Both the position numbers and the translations under genes were made by a program. A DNA stretch of 35,467 bases from a candidate division WOR-3 bacterium (GTDB lineage: Bacteria; Hydrothermota; Hydrothermia; B15-G9; WFZT01), in assembly GCA_026986655.1 (NCBI GenBank), contig JALSOD010000190.1, forward strand, positions 1 through 35,467, in the 5' to 3' direction. This document shows positions 8,741 to 18,085 of this stretch, in pieces. Below the pieces are notes generated by a model. It did no database searches. It had not been told where the DNA came from and saw nothing but the letters and a program-made list of their open reading frames with translations. How positions within the stretch are numbered: the first letter of the stretch is position 1; each line of letters opens with the position of its first letter.

Positions 8741-8993
8741 TTTCGATCTCTTTTTTGATCTCCTCTTCCGAGTATTCTAATATGGGAATACCTCTTCTGT
8801 TTAATTCATCGATAAAATCAGCTATAGGTATCTCAGCTAACTTCGAAGCTTGCTCAAGTGTTAAATAACCCTTGCTAAACAGTTCTACCGCAAGTAGAAG
8901 CTTAATATTTCTATCTAACCTCCTATCGACTTTATAGAACTCTAAGACATCGTATATTTCCTTGGGAATTCTAATTCGAACAGTCTTCTCCAT
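8724..8993 (-). CDS. UPF0175-family antitoxin-like protein (pair 2)
   Basis: 89 aa: LAVELFSKGYLTLEQASKLAEIPIADFIDEL. It lies upstream of and overlaps the PIN gene. Confidence 0.8.
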   Translation of the reverse strand: MEKTVRIRIPKEIYDVLEFYKVDRRLDRNIKLLLAVELFSKGYLTLEQASKLAEIPIADFIDELNRRGIPILEYSEEEIKKEIENVDSI

Positions 8994-9022
8994 ATTACTT
9001 CCTCCTCAAAAAGTTTATTTAA

Positions 9023-9436
9023 CTATTCCTTAACATACTGCCCCCCAACCGGAATAAACCTCTTCGGCTTTATCGGCTTGTCGTATTTCTTAATATCTTC
9101 GAGCTCTATGACAAGCCACTTTTTCTTACCCTCACCTCTTCGACTCCACCTACTCTGAGATTTAACGTATTCTCTAAGCTCCTCTCTCGTCAGAAATACT
9201 CTATCACCATAAATTTCAAAGACCTTCATAGGATCGTCGATCAGCTTGATTTCCTTTATCTTAGCTTCCCCCACAAATCCTTGATCTTCTCTCGATTGGT
9301 AAAACACGAACTTCATCCCGGGCTTTAGCTCCTTAAAGCATGTAGCAGGCTTGACGAATACATCTTTACCCTCTTTAAAGAACCTATCCACGAACCGTTT
9401 TGGAATTGGGAATGCTACGCCTACAATCTTTGCCAT
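9023..9436 (-). CDS. PUA-like/ASCH-fold small protein (archaeal DUF365-like)
   Basis: 137 aa, 9 nt downstream of the pair-3 PIN gene. The beta-rich core KPGMKFVFYQSREDQGFVGEAKIKEIKLID plus the C-terminal KPKRFIPVGGQYV resembles ASCH/PUA-like folds. The fold call is tentative. Confidence 0.45.
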   Translation of the reverse strand: MAKIVGVAFPIPKRFVDRFFKEGKDVFVKPATCFKELKPGMKFVFYQSREDQGFVGEAKIKEIKLIDDPMKVFEIYGDRVFLTREELREYVKSQSRWSRRGEGKKKWLVIELEDIKKYDKPIKPKRFIPVGGQYVKE

Positions 9437-9445
9437 GAAATCACC

Positions 9446-9937
9446 TCACAAACTTTCTATAACCTTTCTCGCCTTCTCATACACATCAACACTTAACCAC
9501 ATAACGTTTGCAAGCTTTTCTAAATCTTTCAATCCATCCTCTTTTGAAATTAATCCTAACCTAACCGCTTTAATGATTAGACCTACCGAACCTACGACTT
9601 CTAAGCCTAAGCCCAAAGCGAATTTTCTAGCATCTGAATCGTCTAATAGCACTGGAACGTTCAAGGATTTAGCAAGCAGGATTGCACAAGCTTCACCACG
9701 ATGTATTCCTACTTTCTCCGCCAACTGGTCCGCATTAGTAGGATCATCCATGACTTTTATCCAATCGACCGAATCGATCAAGAAAGCATCAGGTTTTCCC
9801 TTTTCCTTTCCCTTATCAATCACTTCCTCCTTAACGGTCTTAGGTATCACAATTTCGTTGAAGATATCCTTGAGCAGATTTAGCCTTCCGATCTTGGCTA
9901 AATGAATCAACGGCCCAGCGTTGCTAACTGCTGTCAT
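9446..9937 (-). CDS. DUF3368-type PIN-like nuclease toxin (pair 3)
   Basis: 163 aa: TAVSNAGPLIHLAKIGRLNLLKDIF...GEACAILLAKSLNVPVLLDD. It has a 4-nt overlap with its antitoxin. Confidence 0.8.
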   Translation of the reverse strand: MTAVSNAGPLIHLAKIGRLNLLKDIFNEIVIPKTVKEEVIDKGKEKGKPDAFLIDSVDWIKVMDDPTNADQLAEKVGIHRGEACAILLAKSLNVPVLLDDSDARKFALGLGLEVVGSVGLIIKAVRLGLISKEDGLKDLEKLANVMWLSVDVYEKARKVIESL

Positions 9938-10239
9938 TCCAAAGCCCAGCCTATATCAACTTCAAGATCTTCCAAATCGTATCTGAACGGTATGTTCCTC
10001 TTCCTTAGCTCTTCCAAGGCTTCCCTATATGTTATCCCAGATATCTCAGCCGCTTTCCACAGCGAAACCTCCCCTTCCCTGTACAACTCTAATGCCTTCT
10101 TGATCTTGTATTCCCTGAGCGATTCCGCTATAAGCTTACGAATAAGCGTTCCCTTGTCTATCCCCTCCTCTCTGCTTAACTTTTCGATCTCTTCAACCAT
10201 CTCCTTCGGCAATCTGACCGATGTCGTTACCATCTTCAC
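9934..10239 (-). CDS. UPF0175-family antitoxin-like protein (pair 3)
   Basis: 101 aa: KALELYREGEVSLWKAAEISGITYREALEEL. Confidence 0.8.
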   Translation of the reverse strand: MKMVTTSVRLPKEMVEEIEKLSREEGIDKGTLIRKLIAESLREYKIKKALELYREGEVSLWKAAEISGITYREALEELRKRNIPFRYDLEDLEVDIGWALE

Positions 10240-10555
10240 AATTACATCTTAATACAAAGTATACTTAAGCTTTTGGTTTGAAAACAGCAGAATCTGTTTA
10301 CGGATTACCAAAAATGCAGTCCGGACTTACAGAAAAATCCTACACTTAGCAATGTTAACATCGTGTATGAAATTCTGCCAGAATCCTCAGCTCCAAACTT
10401 AAAAGGACATTTGAGATTGTATTTTTGAGGATGTGTTATTAGGAGGAAGAGGAATTAATGAAAATACCGCAGAAAATCTTTACTACTCGAAAGACTTCAG
10501 AAACGCCCATAGCGAAAAGATAATTCCGAATATCACCATATTACCAATGTTTTTC

Positions 10556-11665
10556 TCATACCTGTCTGAGGTATGCCAACACAATCAGGTCATTGCCATT
10601 TTGTTTTATTTCTATTTTTTCAGTGTTTTCGAAATTTGAACAGAGCTCATTTTCAAGCATGAGCTTAATCGCCCTAGCCATTGAATAAATGACGATTTCG
10701 TCGTCTTCATAGCATTTAGCGAATTTGGGGAAAGGTATTTCGACAACATAATAATTCTCTTTATCGGTTTTTTGGCTTATCTCAAGCAGTTTGACAACTT
10801 CCTCACTCAACTTTTCAGTATCTAATTGAGCTGAAGGATTGATTAGTTTTGCAATACCACGTTTCTCGAGCTTTAATTTTCTTTTGTTTTTAGAGTTCAA
10901 AATTTTCAGCTGGTAGATATTTGCAGTTTTTCTGTTCCAGAATCTCAGCCAACTGTCCAGTGTCATCACTGGGAGTTCTTGATCCAAAATGTAGAGCTTT
11001 CCATTAATTTCAATACCTGCTGCAACATGTCGTGGGATTGAAATGAAGCAAATCTGGCTGTTGGGGATTAAATTATAGAGTGAAACAGCTGTAAGTTTTG
11101 CATAGTCTCTACATATAGCTAATCTGTACTTGAGGATTTTATCGACTTGGAGAGTTATGTTGAATGTATCTTGCAATTTAAAGCCTGGTATTCTCGATTT
11201 TAGAGCAGAATACTTTAAAACTAGATAGCCGATGAGAGCTAAAATAGCTCCAAAAACTAGTGAAAGGCCTGCAAGTTGAGCTACTGGATAAAATTTCTGG
11301 GCCTGTAAGGGATTAACCGAAAATATCCACAATGTGAAGATTAAAATCGTTGCAATTAATGTTGTGGCGTACGAAAGCATTAAAGTAAAATTTACTACTC
11401 CCATTAAGAATAAAATAAAAATTAAAATATATTTTATATCATTATTACTTAATGGAAGAAGATATATTGAAATAGCTAGTAAGAAATACAAAATCAACGA
11501 ATAATGCATTCTATCCACCCAAAAAGTAATGTTCCTGTTCTGCCATTCTAGCAAATTGACTAAAGTTTCCTTTTCTGATTTTCTTTTGAGCTTTTTTGAT
11601 AGTTCTATTATTTTCGGGTCTTTTAGTTCATCTAAATTCGGTAAAAATTGCTTTTTACCCCCCAA
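10556..11665 (-). CDS. Multi-pass membrane protein with a transglutaminase-like Cys-His-Asp core; N-terminus probably disrupted at a G6 run
   Basis: 369 aa from a TTG start. It has 4-5 hydrophobic helices, then AICRDYAKLTAVSLYNL (Cys), PRHVAAGIEINGKLYILD (His...Asp). A 28-codon ORF (11741..11655) with a good AGGAG site ends inside the G6 run (11658-11663) one frame off. Confidence 0.6.
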   Translation of the reverse strand: MGGKKQFLPNLDELKDPKIIELSKKLKRKSEKETLVNLLEWQNRNITFWVDRMHYSLILYFLLAISIYLLPLSNNDIKYILIFILFLMGVVNFTLMLSYATTLIATILIFTLWIFSVNPLQAQKFYPVAQLAGLSLVFGAILALIGYLVLKYSALKSRIPGFKLQDTFNITLQVDKILKYRLAICRDYAKLTAVSLYNLIPNSQICFISIPRHVAAGIEINGKLYILDQELPVMTLDSWLRFWNRKTANIYQLKILNSKNKRKLKLEKRGIAKLINPSAQLDTEKLSEEVVKLLEISQKTDKENYYVVEIPFPKFAKCYEDDEIVIYSMARAIKLMLENELCSNFENTEKIEIKQNGNDLIVLAYLRQV

Positions 11666-11956
11666 AATAACGTGTTATGAGATCAATTACTAAGAGCAGT
11701 GGATCTTCCTTAAATTCGCTTAGGATATTGGACATCATCATCAACTTTCCACTCCTTCAACCACTTACAAATTTTTACTTTTTTATTTTTTCAATCGATG
11801 TGTCGGAAATAACTTTCCTGGAATAGCATTATAAAATTGGAATTTAAGGAAATTCTTGAATTTAGAGACATTCTCTGATTTCTATCGATCCGCGAATAAC
11901 GTCCTACCAGAATCTCGTAAATAGCTATAACTCAAAAGAATAAACTGAATTTTGAC

Positions 11957-14900
11957 TTAGATATTTTTACTTGCTTTTCTCAGCCTATAGACATAATATG
12001 GCCTATATTCAATCTCAAAATCTAATTTATTCACTGGATCGTTAATTATTTCAAGGGTGGTCCTTGTTCGATCGAGAGCGTACCTAACAACGTAAAGGTA
12101 ATACGTTTTACCGTAGAATTTTGCAGCTTTAAACTCATTCTCGGTAAGAGTAATTTTTTCAGGCTCATTCTTGAACGATTTTACTTCGATTCTTCTTTTT
12201 TCGCCAGTGATTGGATCAAAGCTTTCGATATCATATCCTCTTCCCTCAGCTGAAACATCTTTGGGTATCCTTCCCTCTTTTTCTTCCCACTTTAATACAA
12301 ACTCCATACCAGCAAGCTCAACATCCCTCTTCTTTTTCCATAACTCGGGATCAAATTCCTCGATGATATCAGTGATTTTACTCAGAATAGCCCTGTCCTT
12401 GGTACTCTCGGCAACACCTATAAGCAAATCACTTACATTCTCTGGCTTCAAAACCCAAAACTCAGCTATAGGTTCCGAAAGCTTCTCAATTACTCTTAAA
12501 GTTCTTGCGTATTCTCTTTTCTTCTGTTCTTCAATCTCTTTTAGTCTAATCTTTGCTACACTTTCATCAAAGTAACGCTTGTAGTAGTCTTCTCCCATTT
12601 TAAGAGCTTCTAAAGCTCTCTTTACCCTCTGCATTAGATACTGCCTTTGCTCGCTCTTTAATCTCTCGATGTATTCCTTGTTAGAAATTTCAAGCTTTTT
12701 GGGGCTTAATCTTTTGAAAATCTCTTTTTCGATATCTTCGGTAAGAACAAGAGGCTCAAGAGTCTGCAAAAAGCTATAAGGTTTGACTTCACCGTTAAAG
12801 ATAACTACTGGAATTTCAAAGAAAGGATTGCCAAAATTATCAAAGAGTTTTAAGATTCTTACTTCACCGTAGCCTTCGGTATCTCCCGTGAAGATTGCTT
12901 TTCCTCTCTTACACATACCAATGTATAGGGCTTTTCTGATCACAGGATTGTCAAGCTTAAGATCCCTTTTGCTGAGAGTGTTTTCATATTTCAGGTCGAG
13001 AATTTCAGCTCTTGTAGGCTTCCTTTCCAGAAGTATACTATCGATATCAATCTCATCGCTTTGTATCTCGAAGAATACAAAATCATCATAGAAGTTTCCA
13101 CTTCCGAGTCCAGCCTCGCGGAAATAAAAGAGATATTTTCGGATATCCTCTTCCGTTATTAACTCAATCACACCCTTATCTTCAAAAAGTTTCTCAGCCC
13201 TTACGTGTCTCTTCGCAGCCTCAGCCTTTTCTAAAACAAGTCTGATTTTTTCAAGAATTGGCTTTCCTCTTTCAAACTTCTCTTTTACACCTTCAGCCGC
13301 CTTTTCAACTTCATCCCTAACGTAAGCCTTTCGAATCTCATCTTCAATATCCTTCTCGGAGATTATCGTTCCTATTATCTCAACGCTACCAATATCGAAA
13401 TCTCTTTCAATCGTTCTTATTTTCTCGATAACTACCTCTAAAACCCTTTTTTCAACTTTAAAAACGGGTAACATACTATAGATAAATATATTGTTTTTCT
13501 GTCCGTAACGGTAGACTCTACCTACCCTCTGAATGTACACAACCGGATTCCATGGTATTTCGTAATGAATTATAACGTTAGCCGCCTGTAGATTAAGACT
13601 TTCACCTGCAGCATCTGTAGCAACCAATATTTTAGCTCGATTCCATAGCTCTGCAACAGCATTCTTCTTTTCTTCATGACTCATTCCACCGTGAATTATC
13701 ACGACATTTTCGGGACCATAAACATCTTCAAGGACTTTCTTAAGGCTAAAGAGTGTTGCAAGAAATTGCGTGAAAATTATTATCTTGTATCCCCTTTGTA
13801 GTGGTTCCATAATTATCTGCAAAAGCTTCTTAGTCTTGCTATCTCTTCCCCTTTCAAGTAATTTCTCTCCAAGCTCTATTAATTCCTGTAGAATTTTCTT
13901 TTCCGTTTCAATAAGCTCTCTCTTTTCTGGAGGAACGTATTCCAAAATTTTGTTTCTCAGTTCTTCAACTTTTGCATCATCTCCTTCTTCTTCAGCCTGA
14001 TTGATTTGTGTTAAGAGTTCATCAAGGTTGTAAGTTTCTGCGGTTCCTTCGATAAGTCGCTTTAGTCTTCTTTTTAGAGCGGCAACACCTGCGGCGATAC
14101 TCGATGAAACCGTTCTTCCAATAATTGTAGCAACAAGTCCAATACCCCTATTATTCTCTTGTTCAGCAAGCTTGTAGTAATTCCTAATGTAATCCTCAAC
14201 TCTCCAGTAAAATTCTTTCTCTTTTTTATCTGGTTCTATTTCAAACGTTTGAGTTATAACCGCCTGAGGAAATATCTTCTTTCCTTCAAGATCGACAGCA
14301 TCTCTCTTCTTTCGCCTAAAAGTATAATTTCTAACGAACTCCTCCCAGTTAGTCTCATCAACGTTCCTGTTTATCAGACTAAGTCTATAAATGAAGTTCT
14401 CCTCCTTGCCATCGTGAGGGGTAGCTGTTAATGCAAGCATATGCCTCGTCCTATCCCTTAAAACTTGAATAAGCTGGGCTCTTCTGTTTTCGGGTGTAGC
14501 TCTGTGAAGTTCATCAACGACAACTATATCCCATCTATACTGCCCTTCTTCAATTCTGGATAACCATCTTTCACTCTTTAGCGTATCCATTGAGGCTATC
14601 AACCATTTCTGCTTAAGCGGATCTTTTCCTTCATTAAGGACTTCCTTTAAAAGTGAGAATTTCACTCCAAATTTGCTTTCCAGTTCGTCCTGCCACTGAT
14701 ACTGGACAGTCGGAGGTGTAACTATTAGAATTCTCGTATTTTCATTTCGCAGAATCATCTCCTTAATGAATAACCCGGCGAGTATGGTCTTACCTAATCC
14801 CGTTTCGTATGCTATTAACACTCTTACGGGCATTCCGCTATCTGCTAAATCAAGGAGGTTGAGAAAGTCTTCAAGCTGATATGGTAGGAGATTAATCTTT

Positions 14901-14989
14901 GATGCAGCAAGAACGCTGATAGGATCGTAAATATACTTTGTGTAGAGGTAGTATGAATCGCATGCAACTCTAAAGAGGGGATATAGCAT
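11957..14989 (-). CDS. SNF2-family (SF2) helicase/translocase with a C-terminal DUF3883-like PD-(D/E)xK nuclease-fold domain
   Basis: 1010 aa. Helicase motifs: LLPYQLEDF (Q/Ia-like), ETGLGKT (I), VVVDELHRA (II), LTATPH (III), ILVATDAAGESLNLQ (V), QRVGRVYRYGQ (VI). C-terminus: ELAGMEFVLKWEEKEGRIPKDVSAEGRGYDIESFDPITGEKRRIEVKSFKN...LTENEF..A.....YYLYVV (DUF3883-like). Confidence 0.85.
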   Translation of the reverse strand: MLYPLFRVACDSYYLYTKYIYDPISVLAASKINLLPYQLEDFLNLLDLADSGMPVRVLIAYETGLGKTILAGLFIKEMILRNENTRILIVTPPTVQYQWQDELESKFGVKFSLLKEVLNEGKDPLKQKWLIASMDTLKSERWLSRIEEGQYRWDIVVVDELHRATPENRRAQLIQVLRDRTRHMLALTATPHDGKEENFIYRLSLINRNVDETNWEEFVRNYTFRRKKRDAVDLEGKKIFPQAVITQTFEIEPDKKEKEFYWRVEDYIRNYYKLAEQENNRGIGLVATIIGRTVSSSIAAGVAALKRRLKRLIEGTAETYNLDELLTQINQAEEEGDDAKVEELRNKILEYVPPEKRELIETEKKILQELIELGEKLLERGRDSKTKKLLQIIMEPLQRGYKIIIFTQFLATLFSLKKVLEDVYGPENVVIIHGGMSHEEKKNAVAELWNRAKILVATDAAGESLNLQAANVIIHYEIPWNPVVYIQRVGRVYRYGQKNNIFIYSMLPVFKVEKRVLEVVIEKIRTIERDFDIGSVEIIGTIISEKDIEDEIRKAYVRDEVEKAAEGVKEKFERGKPILEKIRLVLEKAEAAKRHVRAEKLFEDKGVIELITEEDIRKYLFYFREAGLGSGNFYDDFVFFEIQSDEIDIDSILLERKPTRAEILDLKYENTLSKRDLKLDNPVIRKALYIGMCKRGKAIFTGDTEGYGEVRILKLFDNFGNPFFEIPVVIFNGEVKPYSFLQTLEPLVLTEDIEKEIFKRLSPKKLEISNKEYIERLKSEQRQYLMQRVKRALEALKMGEDYYKRYFDESVAKIRLKEIEEQKKREYARTLRVIEKLSEPIAEFWVLKPENVSDLLIGVAESTKDRAILSKITDIIEEFDPELWKKKRDVELAGMEFVLKWEEKEGRIPKDVSAEGRGYDIESFDPITGEKRRIEVKSFKNEPEKITLTENEFKAAKFYGKTYYLYVVRYALDRTRTTLEIINDPVNKLDFEIEYRPYYVYRLRKASKNI

Positions 14990-14993
14990 GATC

Positions 14994-15470
14994 TCACCCT
15001 ATAAAGATGTCTCCAAACTTTTCCTGAAAAGCTTTAAGAATGAAATTGAATTCATGAGACTCAAGTACTCCTAAACCGTAGCCATCGATGTAATCTTGAA
15101 TCTTTACGAACTTCTTAACTACTGGCTCTCTTGAAAAGATCATAGCTGAAAAGGAAACTCGCCAAGGAAAGAGTACTCTTTTTGATTTAAGCTCAATATC
15201 CCAAATTGGAGTTTGATCATCAAAAAATCTCTCTTTTATGACTCCTATGGCATGAATTTCTCCCGTTTTCGCAATTTGAAAAACTGCAACATCAAAAGGT
15301 TTTATTTGATTATATTTCCTTAAGAAATTTCTCCAGTTCTTATTCAGCTTATCTTTTAGTTTCTCTCGTTCCTCACTGACATAATCTGGATCGAAGAACC
15401 CCCACAGCAAGTGCCTACATCCAGTTTCAATGTTTTCAAGGCTATGAGAGCTGAAGATCCAGTAAGTCAT
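14994..15470 (-). CDS. EVE/PUA-like small protein (divergent paralog of 22412..22858)
   Basis: 158 aa. MTYWIF...LLWGF, IKPFDVAVFQ, GEIHAIGVIKERF and LFPWRV align by eye with MAYWLC...[27 protein letters not shown] and TFPWRV of the other ORF. Its ATG overlaps the methyltransferase stop (ATGA). Its stop is 4 nt from the helicase ATG. Confidence 0.5.
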   Translation of the reverse strand: MTYWIFSSHSLENIETGCRHLLWGFFDPDYVSEEREKLKDKLNKNWRNFLRKYNQIKPFDVAVFQIAKTGEIHAIGVIKERFFDDQTPIWDIELKSKRVLFPWRVSFSAMIFSREPVVKKFVKIQDYIDGYGLGVLESHEFNFILKAFQEKFGDIFIG

Positions 15471-18085
15471 TTAACACCCCACCTTTCCAATCCAATCGTC
15501 TCTATATGCTTTAATATCTCTGCAGCTTTCTTTGCTTCTCTGTCGTTCTGTCTTTTTGGATCTTGTCTAATCTTTGCGAGAGCTTTAAGGACACCGATTA
15601 TGGCTTTCCTTGAATACGGACACTCGCTCACGACTTTATCAAATCCCTTTAGCCCTTCGATGTCATAAGCCCTTAGGGCTCTGTGAACGTAATCGATTAG
15701 GCTACTGCCCTTTATAGCATCATAGCCAGCAACTTCAAGGTTAAGATCTCCTCTGTAGTAATCTTGGAGGATAACGACTTTCCTACCCTTCTTCTTTTCT
15801 ACCTTAATGATTCTGCTCTTTTCAAGGTCTTTTTCGTTCAATCCAAGGCTTTTAATGAACTGGTTGGCTGTGTCGTAGTCCATCGTATCCATACCGTTAA
15901 GACGGGAGTAAACGTAGAACGTCGTAACAGGATCGGCTTCCTCTCCGATCGTCTTTCTTGTTATGTATTTTGCCATTATCGTTTGAGCGATTTCAATCGC
16001 ACTCTTAGCAGTTATCTTACCTGAATAACTCTTAATTTCCGCGTAGTTCGTGAGAACTTCTAAAGCAACTCCCATTGCAGCGACGAGAAGATCGGAACCC
16101 TTAAGTCCGTATTTTTCTAACATCTCCGCTCTTTCGTAGATTCTCCGCTCAATTTCTGGCATTATATCCTCAAGAAAGCCTACTTTGTTTTCCTTTCTCT
16201 TTCTTGCTGAAATTATTAGGCTATGGTATATGGACTTCTTTCCTCTTGCAACTGAACTCTCGCTATGTTCAGTATGAATTGGGAAAGTTGCGGTAATGTT
16301 AAAGCCAGACAGTCTTAAAGCTTCAAGAACAAAATACCAAGCTTCGGGGTTTTTATGAGCAAAGAATAAGACGAGAATTCCATCATCGTCAAGGAGGTTG
16401 TATATGTTCTGCATTGTTTTTATAAAGAGCTTGTTGAAGAACTCTTTGTCTCTGTCTCCTCCAACGTCGAGTTCTTCCTTTGTTTCTACTCTGTCGTTCT
16501 TGAAGAATCTGGACTCTTTTTCAAAGAGATGTCCGATTATACGCTTGTGCCAAATGTAGAAAACCTCACTGACCTCTCCATACGGAATATCGTCGTAGTA
16601 GGGAGGATCAGTAACTATAACTCTAAACGTCTTCTGAGGTTTCCATGAAGCAGTGGACTCGTTTATGATCTGAATATTGCTGTTTGTGTTGGAAAGTTTC
16701 TCAATTGAATATTTTAAAGCGTCAAGAATGTCGTTTATATTGTTTACAAAAGTGCCAGATGATTTTACAAATGGGTTTACTTCAATGTGATTCCACATCA
16801 TTGCAATTCCTCTTTGAGAGAAAACGTGATTTACAACTTCGTATGATGCTTCCCAACTTGCTGCTCTTGAATTAAAGCGTAGATTTTTTGTTATGATAGA
16901 CGCAAGATATACACCTATTGCCTTTGCATACTCTTCATCTTTCTTAGCTATTTCATTAACAATCTTTCTCGCTTTTTCAGCATATTTTATCATCAGGAGT
17001 AACTGTCTTGGATTGAAGAGCTGATACCATTTTGGCAGATATAAATATATCCACATAGCTCTATTATTCTCTGGGATATTTCCATCGGGAATCAATCCCT
17101 CACGATAAAACCTGAACCAGTTCTTCTTTAACTCTTTCTCAGCTTCTTTAAAAGCTTTTAAATCCTCATCAGAAGGAATATCGTATTCTTTACCACCTCT
17201 ATTGCCAGAAAGTAAAACAACAGCAAGCAATTTCTCTTTCTCATTCTCTCTTATCTGCTTCACAATCTCTTCATTGGGTATGTGCGCTCCACATTTCAAG
17301 CAAACTCCATTTCCCCTTGAGACGTTTCCTTCTGGAGCCTTACCTTCTTTAATCTCAAGCTTCAGCTCGTTACCTTCAATCTTATAGGCAAGATACAGGT
17401 TCTTGCCACTTTTAGTCTTAGCAAGTTGCCACGAACCAACCAAAGGCGTTTCAAATCCACACTGTGGACATTTAACAACCCAAGCATAGATGTATGCTGC
17501 TACATCCTTTCCATTATGTTTTGGATAGAATTTGCCAAGATCTTCTTTAAGTTCGTTGAAGATTTGATTTGCATACTTCTTAACATCGTAGTAAAGTTTC
17601 ATTCCATATTTCTTTGGATATTCAAGAGTAGCCTTCAAAATTAGGTAAGCAACAGGATTGTAATCGACTGCAACGACGTTACATCCAAGCCTTAAAGCTT
17701 CAAAAGGAATCGAGCCTCCACCAGCAAATGGATCGAGAATCGTTGGAATTTCTCCCCACGTTTTGATTATTGCATCTCTCAAGTATTCAGCGGGAGGATC
17801 TTGAGTATGTGCTCTTGGACCCTCGTCTATATTTCTTGGGATTCTTAAGATATGTAGCAAACTTGTTTTCAAGTTTCCATTATCCATAAACGACTTCGGG
17901 ATGTTATCTTTAGAAAGCAGAGCACCCAATACTGCGGCTCTTGCGGTTATTAAGGGTTTTCTCGCCCACCAGTAGTGTAATTCGAAAATGGGTGGTTTAG
18001 CGTTTCCAAGCTTCTCCTTTCTTGCCTCCTCACTTATTTCCTCAGTTGGGATAAACTCTTCAATTAGTAACCTTTTCATAAGCAT
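15467..18085 (-). CDS. DUF1156-type Zn-ribbon DNA methyltransferase (N6-A or N4-C class, DPPY catalytic motif)
   Basis: 872 aa. N-terminal LHYWWARKP (DUF1156 signature), DPFAGGGSIPFEALRLG (SAM motif I), CPQCG...CLKCG (Zn ribbon) and VTDPPYYDDIPY (motif IV). The start may be the third codon (ATG 18079), which is better spaced from the GGTGA that overlaps the vapC stop. Confidence 0.85.
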   Translation of the reverse strand: MLMKRLLIEEFIPTEEISEEARKEKLGNAKPPIFELHYWWARKPLITARAAVLGALLSKDNIPKSFMDNGNLKTSLLHILRIPRNIDEGPRAHTQDPPAEYLRDAIIKTWGEIPTILDPFAGGGSIPFEALRLGCNVVAVDYNPVAYLILKATLEYPKKYGMKLYYDVKKYANQIFNELKEDLGKFYPKHNGKDVAAYIYAWVVKCPQCGFETPLVGSWQLAKTKSGKNLYLAYKIEGNELKLEIKEGKAPEGNVSRGNGVCLKCGAHIPNEEIVKQIRENEKEKLLAVVLLSGNRGGKEYDIPSDEDLKAFKEAEKELKKNWFRFYREGLIPDGNIPENNRAMWIYLYLPKWYQLFNPRQLLLMIKYAEKARKIVNEIAKKDEEYAKAIGVYLASIITKNLRFNSRAASWEASYEVVNHVFSQRGIAMMWNHIEVNPFVKSSGTFVNNINDILDALKYSIEKLSNTNSNIQIINESTASWKPQKTFRVIVTDPPYYDDIPYGEVSEVFYIWHKRIIGHLFEKESRFFKNDRVETKEELDVGGDRDKEFFNKLFIKTMQNIYNLLDDDGILVLFFAHKNPEAWYFVLEALRLSGFNITATFPIHTEHSESSVARGKKSIYHSLIISARKRKENKVGFLEDIMPEIERRIYERAEMLEKYGLKGSDLLVAAMGVALEVLTNYAEIKSYSGKITAKSAIEIAQTIMAKYITRKTIGEEADPVTTFYVYSRLNGMDTMDYDTANQFIKSLGLNEKDLEKSRIIKVEKKKGRKVVILQDYYRGDLNLEVAGYDAIKGSSLIDYVHRALRAYDIEGLKGFDKVVSECPYSRKAIIGVLKALAKIRQDPKRQNDREAKKAAEILKHIETIGLERWGVK

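Noticed and set aside
10458-10523. 21-codon ORF (MKIPQKIFTTRKTSETPIAKR*) with a strong AGGAGG site.
   Set aside because: It is too short, and I have no conservation evidence. It is noted only as a possible small peptide or leader.
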